64,000 bases of DNA from contig OX597823.1 of the NCBI GenBank assembly GCA_951406725.2, positions 67,270,001 to 67,334,000 of the forward strand, given 5' to 3'. Below are positions 11,033-24,670 of the stretch, piece after piece. The translations under genes were made by a program, and so were the position numbers. Position 1 is the first letter of the stretch; every line of letters begins with the position of its first letter. A model generated the notes under the pieces. It saw only the letters and a list, made by a program, of their open reading frames with translations. It ran no database searches and had not been told where the DNA came from. Source of the stretch: Octopus vulgaris (Eukaryota).

Positions 11033-12765
11033 GTATACATACACACATACAACGGGTTTCCGTAAAGTGTCCACCAACCAAATTTATTCACAATGAACTA
11101 GGTGTCCCGGGGCTGAAGTACAACACATTAACCTAAGGGGCCGCAGTATGGAGCTGAATCCAGAAACCACATTGTTGCAAAAAGGGCCTCTTAACCCTAC
11201 AGCCATGCCTACTCCTAATTATTTTTTTTCATTGTGCATCTACCACCCACTCACGACACTAAACAGTATTGTAATTAATAAAACGTCAGATGTTGACCAG
11301 GAATTTTGAGCAGTTGTTATAAACTTGACAAGGATTTTATGCCAAACTCTCTCCAAGATTAGTCTTTATTTAAGATTACAAAAGCTACAGTTAGTTTTAC
11401 TGACGAAGCAGCTGTGTTCATAACATGAAATGCTGTATTACTAGTGGTCTGCCATATTCCGTACTCTTTCACTGTTATGTTAAAATTGATTACTACCATT
11501 TAAGCTTAATTTAAAACTATTTGCTCTTATTCACAAAATAGCTATTATAGACATTGTAAAACTATCTTATACAATACATCTATTATACAAAAGATAATTA
11601 CTAAACACAACTTCATAATTACTATACACAACATATAAAGATCCAAACATTAAAAATTAGCTATTTTATTAACTATAAGGAGAATGTTCATATATATATA
11701 TATTCATCGACTTAAAATCGTTTAAGCGTTATTAAATATATCTCCAAAATATAAATATGACTAAATTATAACGTAGCAAGGGTGGTAGAATAAATTATCT
11801 TTATTAAAATTTTCAATTCATTTGCTATTGTATTGCAAATATTCTATGAAAATTAAACTCTCAAGTTTTGTAGTGATACAAAAGCAATCATAAAGCTCTT
11901 ACATAATCTACTTGACTTTAAGTGTTGTGTTTTTCTATTAAGTTTAAAACCATAATGAACGCTACTGATCATAACTGCTTAGTTATTAACAGTATATGCT
12001 TATGTGTGTGTGTTTGTTTGTGTATGTATATATATGTGCGGGGCCGTGAGATCAATCCTATACATGGTGTCAGTATATACATATACACGCAGCCCGCCAA
12101 ATGTTTTTAGTCATTAATAACAATTAAAAAAAACATAATACTACACTTGTTCTTACGAGATTCTAACACACGAGGGAGAACTACATCTAGTAATATTACC
12201 TCATCTATTAACATTAGCTGATGAAAAATTAGCATAGTTACTTAGGAATAGATGAAAATATTTTCAACTATGGAACTTGTAACGAAGGGCTTGTAGCCAG
12301 AAAATAGAGTAAAAAAATAGTTTTCAAACCTTTCCCTATTCAATAAATGTATAGCCCCGAATGTATCAGTGTTCATAGGAACATTTACACTGCTCGACTT
12401 GAAGTTAGATGAAATTTGGGCAAATTCAAAGATAGTTACACATCAATAGTGATGTAGACCACCATTCATTGAAACGAATATTCATAAGGCCGCAATAAAG
12501 TGATTTAAGGTTGTACGCTAAATGCCTGGACAGGACCACGCGTACAGGCATTGAAGAAGACATTTCCTTTCAAGTTTACCCTTCGTCCAATACTCTTTAG
12601 AAAGTTCTTCGAGGCTGGTATGAACAAAACAAGAGCTTGGTTCAAAAATCTGCAGCACTAGCTTACGTTTAAGCGGTCGAAAAATTTAAATATTACTATG
12701 GTTTCTCGCTTCTTCGCTCACTGTTGATAGAGACAAGTGCGCAAAGAGCCTTGTTATAACTAGCA

Positions 12766-13178
12766 AGGCGGCGGGCTGGCAGAAACTTTAGCATGCCGGG
12801 CGAAATGCTTAGCAGTATTTCGTCTGCCGCTACGTTCTAAGTTCAAATTCCGCCGAGGTCGACTTTGCCTTTCATCCTTTTGGGGTCGATTAAATAAGTA
12901 CCTGTTACGCACTGGGGTCGATCGTATCGACTTAATCCCTTTGTCTGTCCTTGTTCGTCCCCTTTATGTTTAGCTCTTTGTGGGCAATAAAGAAATAAGT
13001 ATTTCGTGTGCCGCTACGTTCTGAGTTCAAATTCCGCTGAGGTCGACTTTGCCTTTCATCCTTTCGGGGTCGATTAAATAAGTACCAGTTACGCACTGGA
13101 GTCGATGTAATCGACTTAATCCGTTTTTCTGTCCTTGTTTGTCCCCTCTGTGTGTCGCCCCTTGTGGGCAGTAAAGAA
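12766..13178 (+). mobile_element. Dimeric SINE family A (one head, two body/tail units)
   Basis: The tail aaagaaataagt runs directly into internal atttcgtgtgccg at about 13000. One 15-bp TSD (ttgttataactagca, 12751-12765 and 13179-13193) flanks the whole dimer. Confidence 0.9.
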
Positions 13179-13906
13179 TTGTTATAACTAGCATTTGGTC
13201 TGGAGGAATAGACTATATAGCGACCGGAAAGAGCAAAAAGTCTTTCGTAAATCGGCATCTTGATTCGTATTTCATTACGAATATAAACATTTAAGTGTGA
13301 TTTTTGTGGCAATAGCTGTTTTCTTTCTTTGATATTATTTAATTTATCAAATCTTATACGATATGTGTATTTGTGTGTGTGCGCGCGCGCGCGTATTTGT
13401 ATGTATATATGTATACTTGGAAGTTAGAAACGAACAAAAAACTTCTCAAAACATATATATATATAATAGTAATTATCTATTTCAAAGTGAGGCGCCTTTA
13501 TGTCGGATATAGGAAACCCTCCGTTTCAAGAAAATAAATACATACGCACACACGTACACATACACATACAAACATACGTTTATTGATTTTTTTTTCTGAA
13601 TGTCTAGATAGTATCACATTTATTCGGTGTCTATTGTTGAAAACTGTATGTTCCTCTTAAGTTTACTTAATATGATTATTTCGTATCCCTTTATCATTGA
13701 TTCAGATATTTTTAGAAGAAAAATCATTATATGATATAGAATTGAAATATACTGTGTTCAAAAATCCCCACACATATACACACATATATACTTTCACATG
13801 CACACATATATGTATACACACGCGTACACACACACGCACACATACACATGTATGCATACATGCATCTACATATAGGCATGCACACATACATACATATATG
13901 CACACG

Positions 13907-13947
<41 letters not shown>

Positions 13948-14028
13948 GCATATATATGATATACATCTCTCTCTGTGTATATGTGTGTGTGTGTGTGTGA
14001 GAGAGAGAGATAGTGAGTGAGTGTGCGC

Positions 14029-14143
14029 ACGAGTCGTTCTAACAGTCACCTGGAAGTTTCGGCCAGCTAAGCTATCGTCTAAGTAGTTCGACGATGGCTT
14101 AGCTGGCCTTAATTTCGAAGTCACTGTCAAGAAAAGTCTTGTA
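14029..14143. mobile_element. Palindromic MITE-like hairpin element (about 115 bp)
   Basis: Inner stem ggccagctaagctatcgtc/gacgatggcttagctggcc with a 10-nt loop; the outer arms are imperfectly complementary. Confidence 0.6.
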
Positions 14144-14249
14144 TAAGATAAATAAATTTGTATTCTACAGAAGTACATAGTAATCCATCAGATTAATGTA
14201 TAAAATTATTTTCGTTTATAACTGAACATAAAAAAAACAAACGTTAATA

Positions 14250-14482
14250 TGTATATGTGTGTGTGTGTGTGTTTATGTATGTTTGTCCCCCACCCACCCA
14301 CCGTTGCTTGACAACCGATGTTGGTGTGTTTATGTCCCCGTAACTTAGCGGTTCGGCAAAAGTATCCGACAGAATAATTTCTAGGCTTACAAAGAATCAG
14401 TCCTGGGGTTCGATTTGCTCGACTAAATGCGGTGCTCCAGCATGGCCGCAGGGAAATGACTGAAAAAATAAAAAAATAAAAG
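14250..14482 (+). mobile_element. SINE family B, 3' half
   Basis: gcttgacaaccgatgttggtgtg...ggtgctccagcatggccgca matches the family-B body and tail. Similar partial copies lie at about 8510-8680, 11050-11215, 15490-15700, 17140-17315, 31255-31480 and 42540-42720. Confidence 0.85.
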
Positions 14483-14483
14483 A

Positions 14484-14546
<63 letters not shown>

Positions 14547-14900
14547 TGTATGTATGTATGTATGTATGTATGTATGTATGCATGCATGTATGTATATATA
14601 TACGTATGTAGATATGTATGTATGTGTGTATGTATATCTCGAAATAAGGAGCAGTTAGCGGTTGACAACTGAGGAGGGATTAGACTTCATTTGAAATTTT
14701 GTCCCGTACTTGTTTCTCATTATGTGTTTACGTATTTTTCACTCGTTGATGATGTCCTCTACCTGATATATCATACATATACATATATTTGAGATTCAGT
14801 TGAACTAGTTACTTTAGTACCAAGTCAATCCGGTATTATCCGTACAGCTCGAAGTAAGGTGAAAAAAAATCAAAATAAGCAACAAGATATGAAGTAATAA

Positions 14901-14986
14901 TGCAGTACGACCGTTTCAAGCGACTCCATTTATTTGAACTATGCAATCATTACATCAAATTAAATGTAATGCCATCTTCAGTTGTG
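14901..14986 (-). ncRNA. Second copy of the long-stem-II hammerhead family (stem I degraded)
   Basis: CTGAAGA-tggc...catttaatttga...tcaaataaatg..gtcgctt-GAAAC-ggtc-GTA-ctgca; flanks are homologous to 10524-10660. Confidence 0.7.
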
Positions 14987-15349
14987 CAAATAAATAAATG
15001 GACTGTTCATCGTAAATTGTCAATCTAATATACCTATGTAGCAAAATATTCATTGAACCACATAAACATTTTTCTTTCTTTTTCTTTTGTCTTTTATCCT
15101 CCATTCTCTTTTTCTCTTAATTTCTTGGATTCTGGCACTTTCAGTTTATCTCTATTTCCAGGACATATTTTTACTTATTTTCATTTTTCCTTTTTTTCAT
15201 CATGTACCTATCTTCATGTACCTATCCATATATAATAAGTATAGATAATTCTTTTTTCATTGCACTTCTGGGAGGGACTGATCGGCCTCAGACTAATTAA
15301 TGCGTTTCCTACACACATTTATGCTGTTTTCCTTAGTAATGCCTCCCTG

Positions 15350-15390
<41 letters not shown>

Positions 15391-15420
15391 AATAAATATT
15401 TAAGTGTTGTCTATGTTCCT

Positions 15421-15485
<65 letters not shown>

Positions 15486-16141
15486 CTCTGTGTGCGCTTC
15501 GGTCTGTATTTGCATGCTTATCGCCTGACAACGGGTGTTGGTTTCTTTGCGTCCACATAACATAGCGGTTCGGCAAATGAAAGAGATAGAGTAAGTAGCA
15601 GTCTGAAAAAATTATTGCTGGTATCGATCTGTTTGACTAAAACCTCTCAAGTAGGTCTACAAATATACTCCTGTTCAATGAGTGAAATAAATAAAAGATT
15701 TAAGATTTAAAATAGTTATATATTCAAATATAACAGTTCTTCTGTGTGTGTTTTAATAGCAAATGTGATTCTACTCTGACCCGGTTGTTTTTGATCAAGC
15801 AAAGGGGTGCCCCAGCATGGCCGCACTCCAATGATTGAAACAAGTTAAAGATAAAAGATATTTAGAAATCAGAGTTAAATTTTTGATAATGTTTCATTAA
15901 ACATCGAAAGAGTTAAGCAATTCTCACCAGCGCCATCTGTCTATAATATTTTTGATGTTCTTCAGTTGAATGCAGAGTAAGAGAACTTCATAGAAACACA
16001 CAATTATAGTGAAATGAAATGAAAAAAAAAGCGATCAAGAAAATATCTAATTTGTCTAGCGTGTTAGGAAAATGAAAAACTGCAAAGAAAAGAACTACTA
16101 CTACTACTACTACTAATAATAATAATAATAATAATAATAAT

Positions 16142-16175
<34 letters not shown>

Positions 16176-16841
16176 TAAAATAATGATTATAATTTGAATA
16201 TACGTCTTTAATATTTGAAGTTGTGCCAGTATGTGTTACAAGTACTTCTAAACTATTTTTATTTTGTTTCGCAATTATCTTCCCTTTTAAAATCGAAAAT
16301 GTTTATTGCTGAAATTCTTTTTATTTTGTTTTGTTTTTTATTCTTTCTTTCTCCCTTTCTTTTCTCCTTCTTTCTTTGTTCATGATTTATGTCACATGCT
16401 GAGTATCTTTTGTATGACTAATTATTCCAGATTTGTCATTGGCCAATTCTCAACAATACTTATCATTAAACATATTCCTGTCTATTATTTGGCAATGATA
16501 TGCCTTTGTATTGCCAGCCATCATCTGGATTATATCCAGTGACTTCAAGCAGCTGTTTAAAGGAATTTCTCCAAATAATATTGCATATTCGCCTATACAT
16601 CTCATCCACCAATTTATATCATGTTAAATAGGGAAAGCTGCATGTAACCATGTCATTAAAATGTCAGCATGGTAGCCGAATGGTAAATGGCTAAGGGTGA
16701 ATAAACAACGGTCTTCTATTATATCCAAATCAACCACTCTCGCTTTTCAATTCCCCAGTTTATCTGCGTGTACACGGTTAACAAATTCGTTGAGAGTGTG
16801 TATCCAATATATCTCCAATGCTCCTCTGTTACAAGATGTTT

Positions 16842-16897
<56 letters not shown>

Positions 16898-17316
16898 CAG
16901 ACAGATGATAGAGATATGTACATATGTGTTTATATGTATATATACGTTGTTCGAAAAAATAGTTCATATTCCATTACTCGTAGTCCGTATTTTTTTATTG
17001 CACACGTTTCGTGACGTCCTGTGCCCACATATGCATATATATATACGTATAGGTGAAAGTATGTACATATACGTATGTTTATGTGCATATATATTATTTA
17101 TATTATTATAATATATATATATATATATTTATTTATATCGGTGCATGAGTGTGGTGTGTTGGTATGTTTACGTCCAGTAACTTTGTGGTTCGGTCAAAGA
17201 AACAGATAGAATAAGTACGAGGCTAAAAATATATACAAAAAATAATACTGGGATTGATCTATTCGACTAAAATCGGAACCCCGGCATCAGTCTAATGACT
17301 GGAAAAATTAAAAAGA

Positions 17317-17347
<31 letters not shown>

Positions 17348-17869
17348 TGTATGTATGTATGTATGTATGTATGTATGTATGTATGTATGTATGTGTGCAT
17401 ATATATATATGTGTGTGTATGATGTATGTATGTGTATGTATGTATGTATGTGTGCATATATATATGTGTGTGTATGATGTATGTATGTGTATGTATATAT
17501 GTATGTATGCATGTATGTGTGCATACATGTGTGTTGTATATATGTGTATGTATGTGTATATAATGTGTGTATTTATGTATATATTGACATGTAACGTGTA
17601 GTAATATATACATTAACATAGAAATCAGGCTCAACATCCTGATGTTCCATTAACATAGAAACAGTTAACCAAACCTCATCAGAGCTATTTATCAATACAT
17701 TTATAATATATTTATGGATATATTCCACCCGGATTTACTATTGTTGATGCTTTTTTCTTTAATATTACTGACCATTAATACATTGCCAAACTCCAAATTA
17801 TATCTGAAATTTTATTTTCTAAACTTCTCACATTCGAATAGAGCTTCAATAACCCCCACCATTATATTT

Positions 17870-18135
17870 GTCAGAGGTAGAGACACGAAGCATGAAACAG
17901 AGGATCTATCAAATCTAATAGGGAACAGAGCTTCCTTGGAGCGAATTGAAGCCCATTTAGCTTGATGATGATGATGATGATGATGATGATGACGACGACG
18001 ACGATAACGACGACGACGATAACGACGACGACGACGATGATGATGATGAGTGAGGAGGAGGAGGAGGAGGAGGAGGAGGAGGAAGAGAAGAAGCAGAAGC
18101 AGAAGAAGAAGAAGAAGAAGAAGAAGAAGAAGAAA
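17870..18135 (+). mobile_element. RTE-like LINE 3' fragment with a compound (TGA)n/(GAC)n/(GAG)n/(AAG)n tail
   Basis: EDLSNLIGNRASLERIE resembles the RTE ORF2 end and is followed directly by (TGA)n. Confidence 0.4.
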
Positions 18136-18677
18136 ACGCATTGCTTATTATATCATACTTGATATATAATACCATGTTAAAACATATTAATAAAATATCA
18201 TATTATGTTACGAGATTAAAATATCATGGTATGAAATGCAATGCTATATTATGTCGTGATGTAACTCTTATCTCTTTGGCTGACCAAATCCAATTTACTG
18301 GTTTTCATTCAGTTTGAATTGTCTCTTATACGCCAATATTTTTAGAACACAAGGGAATATGAAGCTTCGTAGTTAGAGTGCAATTTCGTCATATATAAAC
18401 ATGAAGTATCGTTATGGGGTTAAGAAAAAGTAAATCTTTGTTCGGGTAACAAATGAACGCAGAAATAACCGTGCAGTAAAAAAACCAAATTCTTTCGAAA
18501 ATAGAATTTTCAACAAGATTTAAATGTTCTGTTGAAGTTATTGCACTACAGTTGCATCTCTTTTTCGCAAGCAAATGGACGTTTATTTTATCCTAGGTTT
18601 CAGGATTATCCCACGCAAAAAAAATAATAAATCAATATTTACTATGGTTAATTCTCGCAATATTAGGAAAATCGGTT

Positions 18678-19100
18678 AAGACGGCGAGCTGCCAGAATCG
18701 TTAGCCGCTGAGGTCAACTTTACATTTCATCCTTTCGGGGTCGATAAATTAAGTACCAATTGGACATTGGGGGTCGATGTAATCGACTTAACCATTTCCC
18801 CCCGAAATTGCTGGCCTTGTACCAAAATCTGAAGTCAATATTTACTGTGGTTAATTCTCACAATATTAGGAATATCAGTTAAGTCGCCGAGCAGGCAGAA
18901 TCGTTAGGACGCCAGGCAAGATGCCTAGTGGCATTTCATCCGTGTGTATGTTCTGAGTTAAAATGCCACCGAGGTCAACTTTGCCTTTCATCCTTTAGAG
19001 GAGTCAATAAATTAAGTACCAGTTAAGTACTGTGGTCGATGTAATCGACATACTTTCTGCCCCGAAATTGCAAGCCTTGTGTCAAAGTTTGAAATTTATA
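18678..19100 (+). mobile_element. Two tandem SINE family A copies (tail type B) duplicated with their upstream flank
   Basis: The unique flank caatattt(t)act.tggttaattctc.caatattaggaa precedes both heads (about 18632 and 18836). Confidence 0.8.
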
Positions 19101-19671
19101 TTAGGTTTCTTCTATTATAATTCCATTTACATATAGAATGTCTCCACGTGTATATTAAATCAGACCCATTACTTGACAGATTAACTATTTTTATCGATCC
19201 TGGAGAGATGAAAGCAAAACTGACCTCGATTGAATTTAAATCAAAGTGTAAAACCTGTAACAAACAATCGTATGAATTCTGTCCACGGCTTCACGGATTC
19301 TGAAATTTCACTGTTTAAATCGCCGTTATTTTTATAATTCTTTGTTTAGTTCCTCGTAATCCATGAAATTTTAGAATCACCATATAAAGCTCTATCCTTG
19401 TACAATGTTTCTTGGGTAAATCAATGCAGTAGAGGACGTGTGAGCGAAACCACGCAGAATATGCGAGCTCAACATATTCGTCAAAACTGTTTGCAATAAG
19501 TACTGCTGCTTCCTTAGTTACAACATCGAGCTATATATCTACAGTTTACTAAGCTGTAAATATCTTCGCTACAGACGTCAAGCTCATGAAATGATGCTAA
19601 ATACTGAAAATTTTGCAATTAACCATTACACCTCGGCAAATCGTAGCATTAGTTCGTCTATTATATGTAAA

Positions 19672-20065
19672 CTAGCAGTATCGCCCGGCGTTGCTCGGGT
19701 TTGTTTCGACCCTTTAGAATTGGAATTTTTGAAAAGTAAAATTTTTTGCATTATGTAGCTTGTTATTCTCTTTAAGTAAACATTTTTCTGATTGAAATAC
19801 ACCGAAAAAATGGCGACACAGCAGTCAAAAAATCGTAAAAAATAGGGATTTTCATAGGAAAAAAGCACCTTTTTGATGTAAATAATTTTTGGTCTTAACA
19901 TGGTCCGATTTGAATTTTTTCTTCTACGGAAGGAAGAGCAAGCCTTCTTCTATTATACTCTCAATTTTGGTAAACTTGCTCCGCAGGGTCTCGGAGGAGA
20001 TAGTGTTAGTTGAAGGCTACCAAACCTGCCATGCACAGACAACTTCAGCTTTATATAGAGAGAGA
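19672..20065 (-). mobile_element. Non-autonomous Helitron
   Basis: Minus strand starts A|TCTCTCTCTATATAAAG and ends with hairpin cccgagcaacgccggg followed by gatactgCTAG|T; A-T target, no TSD. Confidence 0.9.
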
Positions 20066-21239
20066 TTATTAAGAACGCTGTTAGTGAAATACGAAACATT
20101 GATTATTCTCGTAAAAAGTCTAACATACGTTGACGACGACGTTATCATTTGAATGCGCTAAAACATAACAAAATGTTAAATTCAATGGAACCAACAAGTT
20201 ACACAATTACTAATTTCTAACAAAGGCACAAGACCATACGTTTAGTGGAAATGGACATGGTTGATTAAATCAACTTCAGTACTTGACTGGTAAATCATTT
20301 TATCAATATTGAAAAACTACAGACAAAGCCGACTATAATCAGAACATCAAGACACATAAGAAAAAAATTGTTGTAAATCATTTCGTCGGGTATTCAATAT
20401 ATAGTTTCATCAGTACTACATTACTCTTGTTTTATTTATTATAACAACTATCAAATCACAAAGTAACATTACTGTTGTTTTCCCCCAAAAGAAAACAGGA
20501 AATTGTTAAACGATAAATTCATAGATCTTAAATTAATTCTTTGAAAGGAATGCATGAAAGCATCTTTAATATTTCCATCCATAAATAATGCGGGCTTCAC
20601 AAACTGTTTTATCATTAGCCTTTCATACTTAGAACCGTGATTCTTTGATGTCAAAGAAATGAAGCAAGACTACAAATAATTTCGATCATACAAAATGACA
20701 AATGAGATCAAGGATGACCAAGTAAATAGAACACCGGATAACAAATATTCATTATGATGTTAAAATAATCGTATCTGATTATACTTTATTATATATGTTA
20801 ATAATGCAGCATAATATATCTCTTGATTGCATTATAGCCTTAAAATTGCAAACTACGTGATCAAGCTTATTCAATTCTAAGATGTGCTGTGTGATTTATA
20901 ATTACGATGATATAATCAAATGAAGATTATGCTAGCGATAGTCCTTATGATGAGGGTAATGGTAAATCTTACTCCTACTGCAGACAACGATTATGAAGAC
21001 GACTATAACGATGATGGCAAAATTATATCAGTATAATATTTCTCTGAAGCATTTTTCACAAATATTGGCGTTATTTTTCACGGATATTGGCGTTAATTCC
21101 ACACGTTGATTAAATACATTTTCTTTCGAATTCACTAATATTCCTACTTTATTACAACCAAATTAAATTAAACAAATACGTTAAAACATCAATTACACCC
21201 TGAGAGATAATTTTAACTATTGCTTAGAGTAATAATGTT

Positions 21240-21690
21240 TCTAATTTAGGTACAAGGTAAGCAGTTTTGTGAGAAGGAAGTAAGTCAGTACTATAGACCC
21301 CAGTACTGGTTGGGCAGTTCATTTTAACGATCCCAAAATAATGAAAGACAAAGTCATTCTCGGCAGCATTTGGTCTCCGAATGCAAAAAGGTGGAACAAA
21401 TGCCGCAAGGAGATTTTTTTTTATACTCTAACAACTCTACTAGCTTACTGGTCTTGTAGCTCGGCATAATAATGATCTCAAATTTTGGTACAGGGCCTGC
21501 AATTTGGGAGGAAGGGAGTAAGTCAATTAGATCGAACACAGTGCTCAACCTATTTTATCGATTCCCCGAAAATTATGAAAGGCAAAGTTGACTTCGACGA
21601 CACATGAACTTGGGACGTGAAGACGGACGAAATACCAGTGAGCATTTGCATGATACGGTAATGGTTTATTCCAATTTGCCGCTTTAATAG
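21240..21690 (-). mobile_element. Two decayed tandem SINE family A (tail B) copies
   Basis: Both show the tail B, atgaaa..caaagt body and head. Further decayed copies lie at about 20215-20400, 29280-29480, 29910-30070, 30410-30610 and 62100-62315. Confidence 0.7.
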
Positions 21691-22929
21691 TTCGGCATAA
21701 TAATAAGAAATAAAAGGTGTCATACTTGTTTTTAAATCTAAATTCTATCTTAGGTTTAAAATTTCTGAAGACATTTTAGTGGAGAGAAATTTGATAGATA
21801 AAGATTGTGCAAAAGACTATTGGTGCCTTAGATTGTCTGCAATCCAATGATTGGAAATAATAAAAGAATTATTAAACATATTCGATATATTTTACTATTG
21901 TATTTTTGTAATCATGTAGCTGTGTAAAAGAGTAGGTGTCTAGCAATTTGACAGCTAATTAGTATCAATCTCGCTATTGTATGACGTGCTGTCATACGTT
22001 TGCTGAGAGGAAATTATGCTTGGGCTGTTGGTGTTGTTATTTAGCTACTAGCTCGTATGTACCTCTAAAACTACGTCTATTCTATATTCGCCGTCAACGC
22101 AGGGGTAGAGTAGGAACTGTGGAAAATCTGGCAGCTGTTTCTAGTTGCTGCAACGACCACGCAAAAGATCATTCGTTGTCTGACATTTAGATTTACTTCG
22201 TTCTCGTTCGTTTTATCATACAATGATAAATGAGAGAATAGCGTGGTTATGGTCAAAAAAGTTTTCAGTTTAATCTCGTTAAGCTTTAACTTTTTAACTT
22301 GTATACTAATTTCCTATATTGGTTTAGAGGTAGTGTATAATCAATAGAAACGACCTCGATATATGATTTATTTTATCGACCCGAATACTAGATAATTGTT
22401 TCAAATCAATATTCATAAAGTTTTAGAAGTGCTGGAGTGGCTACATTGACGACTAAATAAACTCTACTGCCAAAGTAAGAAATGCGAAAACATTTTCGTT
22501 TTCTTCCATCCATTAAGGTGACTGTGATTGTGGCCAAGTACTTCCAGCTTTTCTTTCGCATTAACCACCTGTTCGAGTTCCTTAGAGAGAGATCTACGGA
22601 AAAACTACCTTCCTATTTAACACCTAGTGGCATATTCCTATGAAAATACTTGTGATAACGTTCAACTGTATAGGAAAGGAAAACTCTACATAAATGTTCG
22701 TCTATGGATGGATTTCGTGCATCTCTCATTTCCTGAATTGTAAATCTGCTGTCAAATCGCTCTGTTACTGTATTAACTAATGAGGTTTTCTCTTATCGAC
22801 ACTGAACAAATTGTTGTTTGCAACAAAGTTCTGTTGTGTCTTACATGCTGCTGCTTCAGTACGTGGACGATTAGTATCACTTCTAAGAACATTGTCTCCT
22901 GTTCCAATGATATCTTTTCTTATTTATAC

Positions 22930-23270
22930 ATAATTTTTACACATGCGATTGATCGGAATGAAGTCGCTCACCATTACATTTCAACGCACAGTTTTCCCAC
23001 TCTACTTTTTCTACCGCTACAACAGTATAATCTACTCCTCTGAACTGACTGGTTACATACCATCTCTATCCCGGAACTTCCATTTCATTCGTCTCAACTC
23101 CTATTGTCGACTATATTATGCTCATCACCCTAAGCTCCTACATTAACCATTCTACCTTGTCCTTGCCACACAGAATATCAGCCTTCTTGAATTCCCTTAC
23201 TGTCCCTACTTTTTTCCTGCACTATCGGCCTCACCATTCCTGAAGGGCCTGCATAAATATGATTGTTGAT
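22930..23270 (+). mobile_element. Decayed CR1-Zenon-like LINE 3' fragment
   Basis: RLIGMKSLT...FFYRYN..YSSELTGYIP resembles the Zenon ORF2 C-terminus. A related fragment lies at about 44330-44740. Confidence 0.6.
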
Positions 23271-23869
23271 TATATGAAGGACGCCTTGTGTTACTCGCTC
23301 TTGATAGTTGGAATCTTAAAATCCTTTCAATTATCTCGTATCAACAAAACCATAGTTTCAAATCACTATTTTGGAAGTTATATAAGAGGTAGAATGTTGG
23401 CGAGATTGACAATTAAATACATTCTACTACCAATCTAATAAAGTGACTGGTTCCTGTATGATGTCTCTTCCATTTCACACACTGAGTGATGTCACGACCA
23501 AATACTTCAAATTTTTCTTTTTCAGTAACCACTAGATTGGGATTCCGTAAAACTAGATCTATCAAAATCTTGTTTTCTTATTTAACACACCGTGTATTAT
23601 TTTATAATCTTTCATGGTGACCTCAAATATAGAATATTGCAAAACTGTATCCGAAAGATTAAGGTCACTCTTAAGGGTCAGGGAACTATGCTAACCTTTT
23701 TAGTTCTCGGGCCTCAATACTACAGGGGTACACATTAAAGTACTACACTTATCTAAGGGCTGCGTTACTGACCTTAAACACGACCACACACACGCACACG
23801 CACGCACACACACACAAACACACACAAACAAACAAACACACAAACACGCTCTAGTCCGCATCTGAAATA

Positions 23870-24082
23870 ATCCTTTCTGTTATAGGCACAAGGTTTGAAA
23901 TTTGGGAGAGGAGGATAGTCGATTACAGCGACCCCAGTATTCAACTGGTACTTTATTTATCGACCCCGAAAGGATGAAAGGCAAAGTCTACCCCGGGGGA
24001 ATTTGAACTCAAAACATAAAGACCGACGAAATGCCTCTAAGCATTTTACCCGGTGAACTAACGATTCTGCCAGCTCGCCACT
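23870..24082 (-). mobile_element. SINE family A, tail type B (ttgtgcctata..agaaaggatta)
   Basis: Complete head, B-box and body with the alternative tail. Confidence 0.85.
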
Positions 24083-24595
24083 CCTCGTCTATAACTACTG
24101 CAAATGTTCCTGCTACTCTCAACTAGCGTATTGTATACTCCTATCTCTCAGTTCCAACACCTCTTCAGTCGGCTTATTCTTCATTTAAGACCTATACTGT
24201 ATCTAACCGTTCATATCCGCAATAAACACCATAATCTCAAAAATTCTACAATTACCTCTCCCCTCAGGTCTCCGAAGTATATTTTTATCTCTAAATATTC
24301 AATCTGATAACCACGTTTTAATCGCGCCAGTTTGGGAAAGGGGTGCATAGTCTATTGGGGCTATATTTTCTCTTCATCTCACTAACTAATACAATAACAA
24401 AGAAAATCCAATATGGACTGAGGTGTCAAAAGTTTCACTGATGTAAGAAACGATAGACCAACAAAAAGAACGAATGTTTCGATTGCTTGTGCTACTGAGT
24501 TCAGCTATACACGCGAGAAATTTACTGCCATTGAGTGTATTTCTTTTCAGCGAATGCTAAAATACCTTTAATATTATGCAGTTCATTCATTTTTC

Positions 24596-24670
<75 letters not shown>

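Noticed and set aside
20469-20670. Open frame between a possible acceptor and donor on the minus strand
   Set aside because: Weak splice signals, no recognisable protein and no linked exons.
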